Source: Candidatus Eiseniibacteriota bacterium
GTDB lineage: Bacteria; Eisenbacteria; RBG-16-71-46; DASYSL01
Length of the DNA: 14,658 bases
Assembly: GCA_046598045.1 (NCBI GenBank)
Contig: JBKJJJ010000088.1
Span: forward strand, 1 to 14,658
Direction of reading: 5' to 3'
Part shown: positions 14,466 through 14,658 of the stretch, piece by piece
How the letters are laid out: each line of letters begins with the position of its first letter
Position numbering within the stretch: the first letter of the stretch is position 1
The notes under the pieces: generated by a model
The model's database searches: none
Told to the model about the DNA's origin: nothing
What the model saw: the letters and a program-made list of their open reading frames with translations, nothing else
Translations under genes and position numbers: made by a program

Positions 14466-14524
14466 GCGGCGACTCCTCCCCGCATTTCGCCGCTCCCCCA
14501 CGAATGTCCTCCCGGAGGTCGGTT

Positions 14525-14658
14525 GTGACGACGGTACTCATCAAGACCCATGATGGCGGGCACGCCTCACTTGCCCCCGAAGATCTCGACGCGCTGCGCG
14601 GACAGTTGCGCGGCCAGGCCTGCCTCCCCGGGGAGCCGGGCTACGACACCGCGCGCAC
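14525..14658 (+). CDS. FAD-binding oxidoreductase (FAD_binding_4/BBE-like), N-terminal fragment running off the right edge
   Basis: Not in the ORF track. GGAGG at 14514-14518, then GTG 14525: MTTVLIKTHDGGHASLAPEDLDALRGQLRGQACLPGEPGYDTAR. 'LRG...PG.PGYD.AR' is the typical start of this family. Confidence 0.75.
   Translation, partial: MTTVLIKTHDGGHASLAPEDLDALRGQLRGQACLPGEPGYDTAR

Noticed and set aside
14471..14520. CCTCC anti-SD elements upstream of the oxidoreductase RBS as a riboswitch or thermometer
   Set aside because: Pairings are only 4-5 bp, one would need an impossibly small loop, and no recognisable aptamer is present.

Overview
High-GC bacterial chromosomal window; a C-terminal TWGxxKxxYR protein motif hints at an Eisenbacteria/Krumholzibacteria-like lineage, from recall and not verified. 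From left to right it contains: the 5' part of a degenerate SAM-methyltransferase-like gene (-); a secreted NHL-repeat beta-propeller gene (+); a DUF4199-like membrane protein (-); a tightly coupled prolyl oligopeptidase-TolC-MFP-RND operon (+); a small His/CxxC/RAPP leader ORF followed by an outer-membrane beta-barrel, a ZnuA-like binding protein and a ZnuB-like permease with no ATPase (+); HMG-CoA lyase (-); and the start of an FAD-linked oxidoreductase (+). Two observations stand out. (1) A probably leaderless, DUF2946/CruR/CutF-like ribosome-arrest leader peptide, with an extra His cluster, sits in front of a Zn/Ni/Co-type uptake operon. (2) A pair of interlocked perfect inverted repeats (33 bp and 28 bp) in the NHL gene has the exact signature of a template-switch inverted duplication; it inserts an in-frame TAG and removes a probable C-terminal sorting motif.
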